Assembly: GCA_946965045.2 (NCBI GenBank)
Contig: OX337228.1
Span: 5,146,001-5,210,000, forward strand
Length of the DNA: 64,000 nt
DNA from: Epithemia pelagica
Taxonomy: Eukaryota; Protista; Bacillariophyta
Direction of reading: 5' to 3'
In this document: positions 24,316-34,068 of the stretch, one piece after another
Layout of the letters: every line of letters starts with the position of its first letter
Numbering within the stretch: position 1 is the first letter of the stretch
Notes under the pieces: model-generated
The model's database searches: none
Told to the model about the DNA's origin: nothing
Seen by the model: only the letters and a program-made list of their open reading frames with translations
Position numbers and translations under genes: made by a program

Positions 24316-24399
24316 GCCAGGGCAGTCGGTCGACCGTACCCTAGCGGGTAGGCGCGGCAGCTGGAAAAATAGACTATTCCCATCAACAACAACAACAAC
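24316..24399 (+). other. Diverged copy (B) of the 3' UTR motif in flanking DNA, followed by (CAA)5
   Basis: Shares GTCGGTCGAC, GCGGGT, CGGCAGC and AAAATAGACT with copy A. TACCC-tagc-GGGTA hairpin. CAA tract at 24384-24399. Confidence 0.6.
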
Positions 24400-24458
24400 G
24401 AAGACGACGACGAGAATATTACTCCTACATATGTATTCGCCGTCGATAAAGTCGAGTG

Positions 24459-25290
24459 ATGAACTCGATACGAGAAGTTCAGAGTATAAATGAGGAAGAA
24501 TTGAAGCTGGGTATCGCAGGGACGCGTGCATCGTGGCATTCAAAGTACGCAAAATCAGCTTGGATCTACGTTGGAAATGTTGGATACGAACTAGTGGAAG
24601 GAGATGTCATTTGCGTGTTAAGCCAGTACGGGGAGATTGGTAAGGATGCTCGTACTCTAGAACTGATGACAAGGTATAGCAGCGAGACTCGTCTCACGGA
24701 AGTTTTCTATTTAATCCAAAAACAGAAGATTTCCATCTAGTGCGAGACGAGGAGACTGGAAAATCAAAAGGTTTTGCCTTCTGCAAATACGAAGATGCTC
24801 GAAGTTGCATTCTTGCTGTCGATAACTTCTGTGGGATCAAGGTGCGTGTACTGCTTTTCATTTCAATGTTCCAATTTCTCCATTCATTTACAAAAATTTG
24901 TTTCTCTGCATGCAACAGCTTTGTGGGCGGTCTTTGCGAGTAGATCACGTCGAAAACTATCGATTGCCAAAAGAATTGCAAGAAAAGGAAGAGGAATGTG
25001 TTGACATCACTTCCCCTGGGGCTATGTACAAAGGATCCACGCTTGCAAACGAGTACAGCTTGACGAAAGGTGTTGATTTGTTCGCACCACCTCAAGATGA
25101 AAGCACGCAGACAGAGAAACCAAAGAATAGAAATGAATCGATTTCCGATTATAACCGACAAAGAGAGAAACGCCAACGTAAAGAAGAAAGGGCAGAGAAA
25201 CGGAGAAAAAGACAAGAACGCAGAGAAAAACGCGAAGAGGAGCATCGTGAACGTAGAGCCAAGCGCATTAGACGAGAGAACAGAAGGTAG
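24459..25290 (+). CDS. RBMX2: RNA-binding motif protein X-linked 2 / Ist3-Snu17 (RES complex), 3 exons (24459-24639, 24726-24841, 24919-25290)
   Basis: SWH-x-Y-x2-SAWIYVG, SQYGEI, RDEETGKSKGFAF and LRVDHV match the RBMX2 RRM. Two GT-AG introns keep the frame. Basic/acidic tail. Confidence 0.9.
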
Positions 25291-25367
25291 TTAAATTTTT
25301 ATCATCCCTTCTCGGAAACAAGTATTCAAACTCGATAACACGCTTTTGGGACTTATTCACATTTCTG

Positions 25368-26528
25368 TCAACGCGACAAGGTTTCTTGTGCCAACTTTGC
25401 CGATTTGGCGAGATGAGTTCGAACAGCGGGAACGAGGCACTGACGCAATGCGTGTGTGAGATAGATCCCACTCGTAAAGACAGCTACGCTTCCCATTTGA
25501 TGGGCGGCTGCCAGCGAAATTGGAACATAGTTCAATAAGGTGGTGACACCCAACGCAAACTGAGCAGTCGCCGTGATTCCAATAGCGTATAGTCCTCTCT
25601 GAACGGTTGGATTGATGACTCGAACAAGCGCTATTGTTGGGCTCGTAAGTCCGACGACCGCCAAGGAGGCAGCTGACACTGCGGTGGCCATACCCAACAA
25701 ACGATGGTTGAACTGAACGGTAGCTGTATTTTCGATGACATTCCGATCCCACGGCGAAAGGTCCCATAAGTCGCTTGGTATCCATTCATCGCCCATTTTC
25801 GGCCATGTGTTGTAAGCCCTTCCGGCATCATTTCCAGCAACTAGCGCACCGCTTAGAACCGTAACAAAAGTGAGTGCAGTTGTGGCCACACTACCAACTC
25901 GGACACGAGAAAGCTTTTGAAGCGTTTCTTTTCCCAAACTTTGTGTTTGTGATGCAATAGCCTCTTTGCTGGTAAGCGAAAATATGTCGAGTCCCGTCCA
26001 CACCAATGCACCGTATGTCGCCATTGCCATACCTAAATGAGTAGCGAGACGAATGGGTTTCACACGAATTTCTCTCTTATCATCCCGTCGATCGTCTCCT
26101 AGACCTGATTTGACCATCCACCATCCCACCAATCCCTGTGTTCCTCCCATCGCCAGCAATCCCGCCATGCGCGGTTGGTAACCGGTAGGTATTTTGCCTC
26201 GAAGGCTAAAGTATATCCATGGTATGCAAAACGCCACTCCGACAAACCGTCCAAGCATCCGATGGCCATATTCCCAGGCATAAATGTATTGAAACTCAGA
26301 GAGCGTCATAGACTGCCTTTGCTGCCATTCTGGAAATGTCTTGTATCTGTCGAATTCTCTTTGCCACTCAAGGAGGTTCAATGGCGGCGCGCTGCCCAAT
26401 GGCGTCCAAGTTGTCATGCTCAACCCTGACTGCGTAAGCCTTGTTATACCTCCAACATGGATCATGCCGATAACCAGACCAGCCGTACCAAAAATCCACG
26501 TTCCAGTAGCAACATATGGATTTGCCAT
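25368..26528 (-). CDS. COX15: Heme A synthase; true N-terminus possibly further upstream
   Basis: VGGITRLTQSGLSM, WEYGHRMLGR, RLATHL, VAGNDAG, QFNHR and AAAHQ motifs; multiple TM helices. Confidence 0.92.
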   Translation of the reverse strand: MANPYVATGTWIFGTAGLVIGMIHVGGITRLTQSGLSMTTWTPLGSAPPLNLLEWQREFDRYKTFPEWQQRQSMTLSEFQYIYAWEYGHRMLGRFVGVAFCIPWIYFSLRGKIPTGYQPRMAGLLAMGGTQGLVGWWMVKSGLGDDRRDDKREIRVKPIRLATHLGMAMATYGALVWTGLDIFSLTSKEAIASQTQSLGKETLQKLSRVRVGSVATTALTFVTVLSGALVAGNDAGRAYNTWPKMGDEWIPSDLWDLSPWDRNVIENTATVQFNHRLLGMATAVSAASLAVVGLTSPTIALVRVINPTVQRGLYAIGITATAQFALGVTTLLNYVPISLAAAHQMGSVAVFTSGIYLTHALRQCLVPAVRTHLAKSAKLAQETLSR

Positions 26529-26773
26529 GCCTAATGATAAGAGTATCTCCTTTCAATCTTTTGATATGAGTTATGATCTCGGTACTGGTACTGCAGAAGA
26601 AGTGGCAATTGGTAATCAATCCATATCTGTGATGATGATTCAGAACATTCGCGTTTGGGTATCTCTTCTGTGTCTTGTAAGACTGACCCGCCCACCGGGA
26701 CTGGGATACCTAGAGCTGTAGAGCTACCACGCACGGACACCTCGGGCTTCCAGGCAGAGCTTCCCCCGACTTT

Positions 26774-26812
26774 GGGGGGGGGCCAGGCAGGCGAAGGGGG
26801 AAAGGGAAGGGG
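26774..26812 (+). other. G-run cluster (potential G-quadruplex)
   Basis: G9-N13-G5-N3-G3-N2-G4, upstream of COX15. Confidence 0.4.
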
Positions 26813-27449
26813 AAAGGAAGGACTTGCCATAGGATGAGGGATTCCACTTCCTAACGGGAAACCGACATAACCGTCGCCAATTTTTAGTCTTGGTATATCT
26901 TGAGTACACTAATAACTATAGTGATCATTTTTCGTGGAGGGAGTTAAATGAGGAATGACAAATCCCCCGCGGCTGGGGGACTGGGCATAATTCGAACTTT
27001 CTAACTACCCAATCAAATCTCGCCATAAAAAAATGAGCGACAGAAACAGACAGATCCTCAGTACCAAGCTTTCTACACAGGAATCACGTATGTACCTGGC
27101 TACGTGAAATTTGTACCGGAAAATCGCTTGATTCTCAGTATAACACAAACAGTAGTACGAAAGACCGTGGACATCTCACCATCCACATTTCATTCCTCAT
27201 AATTTGGTAACAAAAACCAGTGATTACACCGAAGACACAACACCATCATCACTCCATCCGTTCCCACCACCATAGCGTTCCCACCACCATAGCGTTGCCA
27301 TTGCGTTGTCATACCGTTGTCACCAACAACAACAACAACAAGCCGAAAGCCACAGCGGCACAGAAAGTAAGTGTTTCCCTTGCCGATGGATGTGATGACA
27401 ACAGTAACTAACCTTTGCTTTCTTCCATGTTTACAGGAAAAGTGGAGTG

Positions 27450-27604
27450 CAGTAAGGCCGTTCCCAAAATGGACCCGAAACCAATTCGAACAGTAAGGCC
27501 GTTCCCAAAACGGACCCGAAACCAATTCGAACAGTAAGGCCGTTCCCAAAACGGACCCGAATTCATTCTTTCAGTAAGGCCGTTTTAACGGACCCGAAAC
27601 CAAA
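27450..27604 (+). repeat. Tandem repeat, 41-bp period, about 3.8 copies
   Basis: CAGTAAGGCCGTTCCCAAAACGGACCCGAAACCAATTCGAA; units start at 27450, 27491, 27532 and 27573. Confidence 0.92.
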
Positions 27605-27619
27605 GTCCGCCCATTAACC

Positions 27620-28056
27620 ATGGGCCGGGACCGTCGACCCAAGGCGCCTCCAAAGGCGGCCTCAACAACATCCACGGCAGTAACCGCTGCTGTGAAATCT
27701 GAATCTTGTCCCAAAAAACGGGAACAAGAGGACGATGACAACTTTCAATCTCGACTCCTATCCCAAAAAAGAAATCCAGGACGAAAGCGCCTGTGGATTC
27801 GGAGGAGGAAGAGGAGAACGAATTCGATGATGAAAACTCAGTCGTACCAATCGACAAACCTCCCAAAAAGAAGGGGGACTCCTCAAAAACGGCCGCCTTG
27901 AAAAAGGATGAGTCGGATGAAGAGGAAGACGACGATGAAGTCGAAGATGACTGTCCTATATTTGAGGACAAGACTCTCGCTTTGTCCAACTACCTCCCCC
28001 GCGTTTGGATCCATAACGGACGACCGGAATCTGGAATTCCAGTGTCTGTGGTGTGA
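27620..28056 (+). pseudogene. Basic/acidic low-complexity ORF with an apparent 1-bp frameshift near 27790; probable TE relic
   Basis: ACCATGG start, K/R-rich N-half, then the D/E-rich half (DSEEEEENEFDDE...) continues in another frame. No recognisable domain. Confidence 0.4.
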
Positions 28057-28799
28057 ACCAATTCTGTTCCTTGTGGTTCAATAAATGGCGGGTAACTGCC
28101 ATTATTGGTAGAGGAACCCCATTCTTCTTCTCGGTTGAGGAAGAGACAAAGTCTGGGTCGGCCATTGCATCTCGCACTGCGTCGTGAAGATTTGTATGGT
28201 TGGTTCTCTGAGGAGCCACCATTTGCTGGGCATACTCACGTACGCTCGGTTCTGCGGTCGATATGTTAAAAAAAAGTCCCCGTGAAGGGCTTTTCGTTCG
28301 TAGCGGCAAGTTTCTTGTCGTTCTCTTCGGATTTCACGGTGGTTTTGTTCTTATGCCCCTTCGTCTTTCGATTGTGGGGGCAAAGAACATGGTGTCCTCG
28401 ATGCGGCTGTTTTAGCCCATTGAGTTTGGTGTAGCACATGATGCAGTCCTTCGAAGGGTCGAAGGCCTTTGCATCACAGTCGAGCGCATTGTCAGAGACT
28501 TTGCCAGTCATCTTCTTCTGCCCCTTATTCTGGTAGCACCGGTATTGGTACTCTTGCTTTCGTTTGATAGCAGTGGTGGCTTTTTGGCGCATTTGGCTTT
28601 GGATGCCCATTTCACCGTCTTCTGCTTCGTCCGTTGGGTTCATTTGGTCCTGTGCTCTCGCTGCTGCGTTAGCGTCAACGTAGCAGCGGAAGAAGAAAGG
28701 ATCCAGAGTCGACTTGATGCCGCCCTTCGTCCGTTGGGTCGTCTCCGGAGAGACGCCCTTTTGGCCAGTAAAGCCCATATTAGAATCCTCTTTGTCCAT
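27956..28799 (-). pseudogene. Cys/His (CxxC-x10-H-x2-H-x3-C) ORF broken at a T8 run (28268-28275); probable TE relic
   Basis: DCIMCYTKLNGLKQPHRGHHVLCPHN. Reading continues in the +1 frame after ACT TTT TTT TAA. Overlaps the convergent + strand ORF by about 100 bp. Confidence 0.4.
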
Positions 28800-29210
28800 C
28801 CCTCTTGGTTTTGTTTTTGTTTTTAGAATTATGAGAGTAGTTGTGTGTTGTGCGTTTTTTAGAGAGCTGAGGAGGGAATTTTTCGTGTTGGCATTTTCTG
28901 GTGAACTCGGTGGGGAATCGGCATGTTCCGAATTCCTTCCGACCGGGACCACCGACTTTGAAATATTGAATAGTGTTACTTAGATGTTTTTTATAGCTAA
29001 TTGGATCGCAATTGGATTTTTTTAGATTAATTATTAGTGTTGATCCGACAGTTGGTTGACAGTTGGAGGATAGTGACAGGGGGGAAAAGGCACCAATCAG
29101 ATCGCTGCCTGAGGAAACTGCACCCCTCCCCCCGGACTCTCTACTCATAGTCGGATGTCCAATTTAGAACAAGCAATGCTATTAAAACTGCTTCAAGTAT
29201 CCCATAAGCT

Positions 29211-30513
29211 TCATTTTTCTGCTCGTACTTCCTCTCGAATCTGTGGAATAATAATCGAGTCCCATGAATTGTCATCAATGCTGGTGAAAGATGAATGTGA
29301 ATCTTCTTCGTCGGCCGGCCACTTTGTCATCATCTTTTCGGCTACATCAGGAGGTATTTGGTGCTGGTGGTGATGTCCCTCGACAATGGGAGGGTCAAAC
29401 ACTTTCAACGGGATTTCCATCGTCGTCGATCCCGTATGGCCCTTTCCGTGCGTGTCCGATGTCCTTGCCTCAATCAGGAGGTGATGTGAAACTTGGATCA
29501 ACTTTCCCTTGTAGGAGTCCCTGCACTTTGAAGGTACCTGGAAAGAAATTATATTATCCGGTGAACTCAATTCTTCATGCATATCGTCTTCCAAGGCATG
29601 ATCAACCGGAACGACCTGCGCCTGATGGGGGGACAAAGTCGCTTTTTGGTTTTTCATAAAGTTGAGATTCGGCATTAGGACATACGCAAGTTCCGTGGCT
29701 TGAGACCTTGCTTCCTTCTGTGTCCTCCAAGAAATCTTCTCGATAAGTTTAGCGGAAAGCTTGATCACGTCATAGGCAGAATCATTTCTGAGCAAAAAAG
29801 AAAATGAGGCGTCTTCGCCTTTTCCCACGTTGGTGTTCTTGACATGAGCAGCCCAAATCAAACACCCGTGATGGTGGTTGGATTCTGAACATGCCGTTTG
29901 CTTGCGGTGACGAGGCTTGGTTTCAAGCATGTTTTTCCATGAAAATGATTTCGTGACCACCGGAACAACGGAAGGCACGACAGTCGCTGGATACTCTTTT
30001 GAACTCAACGGTTGTCCAACCATGTGGATCTTTCTTTGAGTCGTGTATTGTTGAAAAGATGCCACCAAGACGTATTCGATGCGACATGAAGACCCCTTGA
30101 CGTTCGGGTCACTATATTCCATTGATGGTGCAATGCGTCCTGGGGTATATATCGAGAACGGAAACCGGTAAGTTCGAGTAGCTTCAACAGATGGAAGGAT
30201 TATTCGACGTGCACTCTCTTCATGAAAGATATCCTCCGTTTTATCTGCCTGGTGAGGTGATGACGTTGTTTCTTTTCCCATAAGCTCAACTTTAACTGTA
30301 TCGCTGTTTTTGTCATTGTTTCGGTCAATTTTGACGCCTGCATCATGCACCTGAATGGATATAAACCCTCTCAACCATCTCTGTGCTCGAACAATTCCGT
30401 CTGAAAATGGATGAGAAGAGGAAGAAATCAATAAACAGCTGACAGGCAAATGAATCGATCTTACCTTCATGCTCCAGGGCTATTTCAATTGTCAACTCTG
30501 CCTTCCCAGTCAT
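29211..30513 (-). CDS. Arrestin-fold (alpha-arrestin-like) protein, 2 exons (30513-30465, 30400-29211)
   Basis: VKVELMGKETT, YRFPFSIYTPGRIAPSMEY, CRIEYVLVA and YKGKLIQVSHHLLIEA fit the arrestin N/C pattern. 64-nt GT-AG intron. Confidence 0.7.
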
Positions 30514-31515
30514 GTTCGCAAAAGTATCTCTCCTTTCTCCTTTCTTCGTCGTTAACTGTTATCGTTCTCGTTGGTTTTATTGTTGTGAGTATTTGGAGAG
30601 CCATAGCGTGTTGACATTTGACATGATCATCTTTTGAAAAGGGTTCGCATTCGTTGTTCGCGGGCTACACAGAGAAGCAAAAAGCGAACAACAAAGAATC
30701 TACCGAGGAGAACGATCATGTCAGACGTCGTCAGTGTCAGTTGTCAGTCCCAATGAGCGATCCATAGCTACTTCTACCTCTCTATCTCTACTCCTATGTG
30801 GGAGAAGGGAAGGTAGAGCAGAGTGATCCTATTACGGGACTATCATAACGATTAACGAGGCAATTGCCATGTAGAATGCCGACTTCAGACAAATACTAGA
30901 GGAGTACTCATACGTTCTTTTTGGTTTGTGATTTGGATTGCTCCAACCAATATGACGGAAAGAAGCTGGATGCTGGTGCCATCAGGTGTACTCGCACTGT
31001 CAAACAACATATCACCACTCTAGAGGTAGATCGCTAATGCTCCTCGCTCGAATCAAAAGCAGACAAGCTCTTCACCCACCGTCCACTTGGTTTGCATTGT
31101 CCGACGAACGCAGAAAGAGAAAGGGAATATTGTTTTCTTTTTCTTACTCCTGCGACGTTAGATCTACTTCTTGTTCCTTCCGTTTTGCATTTACTCCTAG
31201 AGCTTAACGTGAATTATCAATGGTAAGCCTTGTATGATCGTGCTCCTATTCTACCCATTCGCCTCTACTTTCCCTCTAGCTAGGAGTAGTAGAGATAACA
31301 GAGTCACTAATGGGGAGGGGTAGCGGTAAGCGACTAGTGCCACCAGATACCAGATGTAATCTGAGGCAATAGGCAATACCAGATAATCTGTAATCTGGAA
31401 GTTTTCCTATCTGGGATGAAGATGGATGTTGATGGGGGATAGGGAATAGGGAAGATGAGAGAAAAATCGTGCACATGGGAGCTTCTCTTACCTTACTACG
31501 AGTTACTCCTACTGA

Positions 31516-32226
31516 GGGGGTATGTTATCGGGCGCGCGGAGCATGGGCGGAGCATGGATATGGGGGGAGCAATGCATGCTCCACGATGCATGCTGCGCGC
31601 GTCTATATTATCGGTGGGCGGATGCAGAGATGCGGAGCATGCGCGGCGCGCGCGCTCAAAATCCTCGACCGTCACGGAAACGCGTATGGGTCGCCTTAAG
31701 TATGGAATCGAAAAGGAAGGAGAAGAGCAACTTTGGGAAGACGATGGCAAGCAAAGGGGTGGTTTCCGGACACAATAATCATTCCCTTTATAGACTACTT
31801 ATCATTTAGAGTATCCATTGGATATTTCACCTGTTGTTCTGTTGGCCCTACGAGCTCATGTGGGAAAGACACGTCAATTTCCATGCTCTATGGAAACACA
31901 ACCTCCACCATGAGGCTGGAAAAGACTCCTAAAGAGCAAGGCAGCAACAGTTGGCCGACTATATGTACTTGTCTACAATACTAGTGCCTAGATAGACTCT
32001 GTCATCGCTTTTGTCCATGACAAATCCATCATCGGAAGACTTCGACTGTTCGACGCATTGAGTGTGTGGTGTGTGGGCGCGTGATTTTGCTTCCAACCAT
32101 ACTCCACCCGCACTCTTCCTCCGCATGTAAATTTTGCGGAGGAAAGCTCTATATCCGGGTTGGTTTGGCCTTTCTCCGCCCATATCATGCTCCGCACATG
32201 CTCCGCGCGCCCGATAATATACCCCC
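31516..32226. mobile_element. 711-bp MITE, PIF/Harbinger (Tourist)-like
   Basis: ~54-bp TIRs (GGGGGTATRTTATCGGGCGCGCGGAGCATG...) at 31516-31569 and 32174-32226. 3-bp TSD TGA at 31513-31515 and 32227-32229. No coding capacity. Confidence 0.85.
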
Positions 32227-32972
32227 TGAGAGACAGAGAAGAAAATGTGGGAGAGGAAAGCTTACTGACAGAAAGAATGCCCGCTGTCCGTCATCCGTCC
32301 CAATGACTGTTAGCTGCCAAATGCCAAATGCCAAAGGATAACACTTATATGAAAAAATACTATAGCCCATACTTCAGCTGGTCAGGACCAATTGAACTTT
32401 AAAATGACGGCTTATGTTTCATTCAAGTACTCGGAGCCTTCATCGAAGTCAGAAGAAGCTTCAAGAACCTTTCCGATGTATACTTTGCTTCTTCATTCTT
32501 AATGAGAGTCGGGAAGTGTCTCAAGAAGTGTCGCATCTCTTGGACAGATCACTGATGACGGATAAGCGGCATCCTGAGATCGGAAATCTGAAATCGGAAA
32601 CAGAAACAAGGCTACAAGCTACAGATTACTGATTGTGTCAGCATAAACAATCTGACGTCGAGTCAACCTCCAAGGTCCGGAGCCCTTTCTCTTACAATCG
32701 AGGATAGAGACCTACTCCTCCGAGAATATCGCATTTCCAAGAACTGTCAACTGTCAAAAAGATGAATGGTGCTGGTGGTACTTCTATTGCCTAAAGAGTA
32801 TCTGTTTGCATTGAATGGTATTTGTTGTACGTTCCAGACCATAAGAAAGCCGAGCATGAAAACTCCTTCTCACATCAGTGATCAAAATCAAACCCCTAAC
32901 AAAATCTTTCGTGTGAAGACAGCACCTTCCAAATTCTACTCTGCTCCCTCTAAGCCTTGAAAGCCCAGACTC

Positions 32973-33707
32973 ATGTCTAAACGAACCATCGTCGAGATGC
33001 AAGTACAAGATGGCATCGAATCGAACGACAGAAAACCTGTCATACCTCAGGCAAACGACGTACTACTGGGAAGAGGGAGAGCAATTGCGGGTCGTGAAGG
33101 AAACCAGAGATTCCAAGACGAGATCGAAAGAAACACGAAGAGGTATAGTCAGTCACAAACGAAGACTGACAAAATGCGCATAGTGATTGAAATCGTCGAG
33201 TCTGTGAAACTCTGGGGTCGATTTCTGGATCAACCACGGGCGATGGGGCATTGGTACGAAGCAGACGATCTTAAGGTCCGGAAAAAGGTTGGTCAGGTAA
33301 GTCAGTCGAGGTTTGTTCCCCGCTTATAGAGAAAGAACGTACCTGTGAATCGTTGATCTCAAATTGTTGTTCAACAGGCACTCCGTTATCATTTAAATCA
33401 CCCCCGGGCTGAACAATCCACATCGACAACAAGACCTTCCGCTGTACAGTCGGCTGTTGATGAGCAAGCTACGCAGCTACAGATGCAAGCGGGTGCGAAA
33501 GCTGAAACGACTGATGATAGTAGTTTTGACATCTCTCTTAGTGGCATTGAGCTTGTGGATGACTGTCAACCACCCCTCTTGACAGATCATGAAATCTTGG
33601 CTGCCGTCGGATTCGGTGATCTGGGAATGGAATGCGAGAATGTAAACAAGAAGAAACGCTATAGGCACTTGACTTCCGAGGATGGTTTTCTTATTCTACC
33701 TGCTTGA
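32973..33707 (+). CDS. DUF6824-type diatom protein, 2 exons (32973-33296, 33378-33707)
   Basis: DVLLGRG...GNQRF...K-x2-IV-x2-IV...GRFL...WYE...KKVGQ|ALRY, with the signature completed by splicing of an 81-nt intron. Confidence 0.85.
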
Positions 33708-34068
33708 TTGTTTGGTCAAGAAGAACCGCCGTCAATCCACCTCGACAGTCACAACCTATTGTACGCCTACAGCTAGGCACGACGATAATGATCGTAATGT
33801 CCATTAAGCTTAAGTACATGGTTATCGGCACTGTCATGAAATTTGAAATACTTACGCAATCCGTCAAGAGTCAAGATCGGTGCTGTCAGCTGGAAAAAAT
33901 TTGATAGAAAATAATGTGAGCAATCCGGAAGCATCAGAAAGAAAGCTTCCCTGGTTTCTTTCTCACACCACCTGTTTGCGACCGACCCAGCTGCTTCCTT
34001 AGCCGCATGTCCACATTATTTTTCTTAAGCCCAATATAAGCCGCCGAAGCTATCTTACAATACGAGTA

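Noticed and set aside
27450-27604. CRISPR array
   Set aside because: The putative spacers are only ~12 bp and identical in units 1 and 2; the context is eukaryotic and there are no cas genes.
27585-27989. Ser-rich − strand ORF
   Set aside because: Antisense shadow of the Asp/Glu-rich + strand frame.
26765-29155. Terminal inverted repeats bounding the 27-29 kb relic (CCGACT...G-run...CAGGCAG; ACACTAATAA)
   Set aside because: Similarity is too patchy and no TSD was found.
31455-32341. Short ORFs within the MITE
   Set aside because: GC-rich TIR sequence read in several frames; no transposase motifs.
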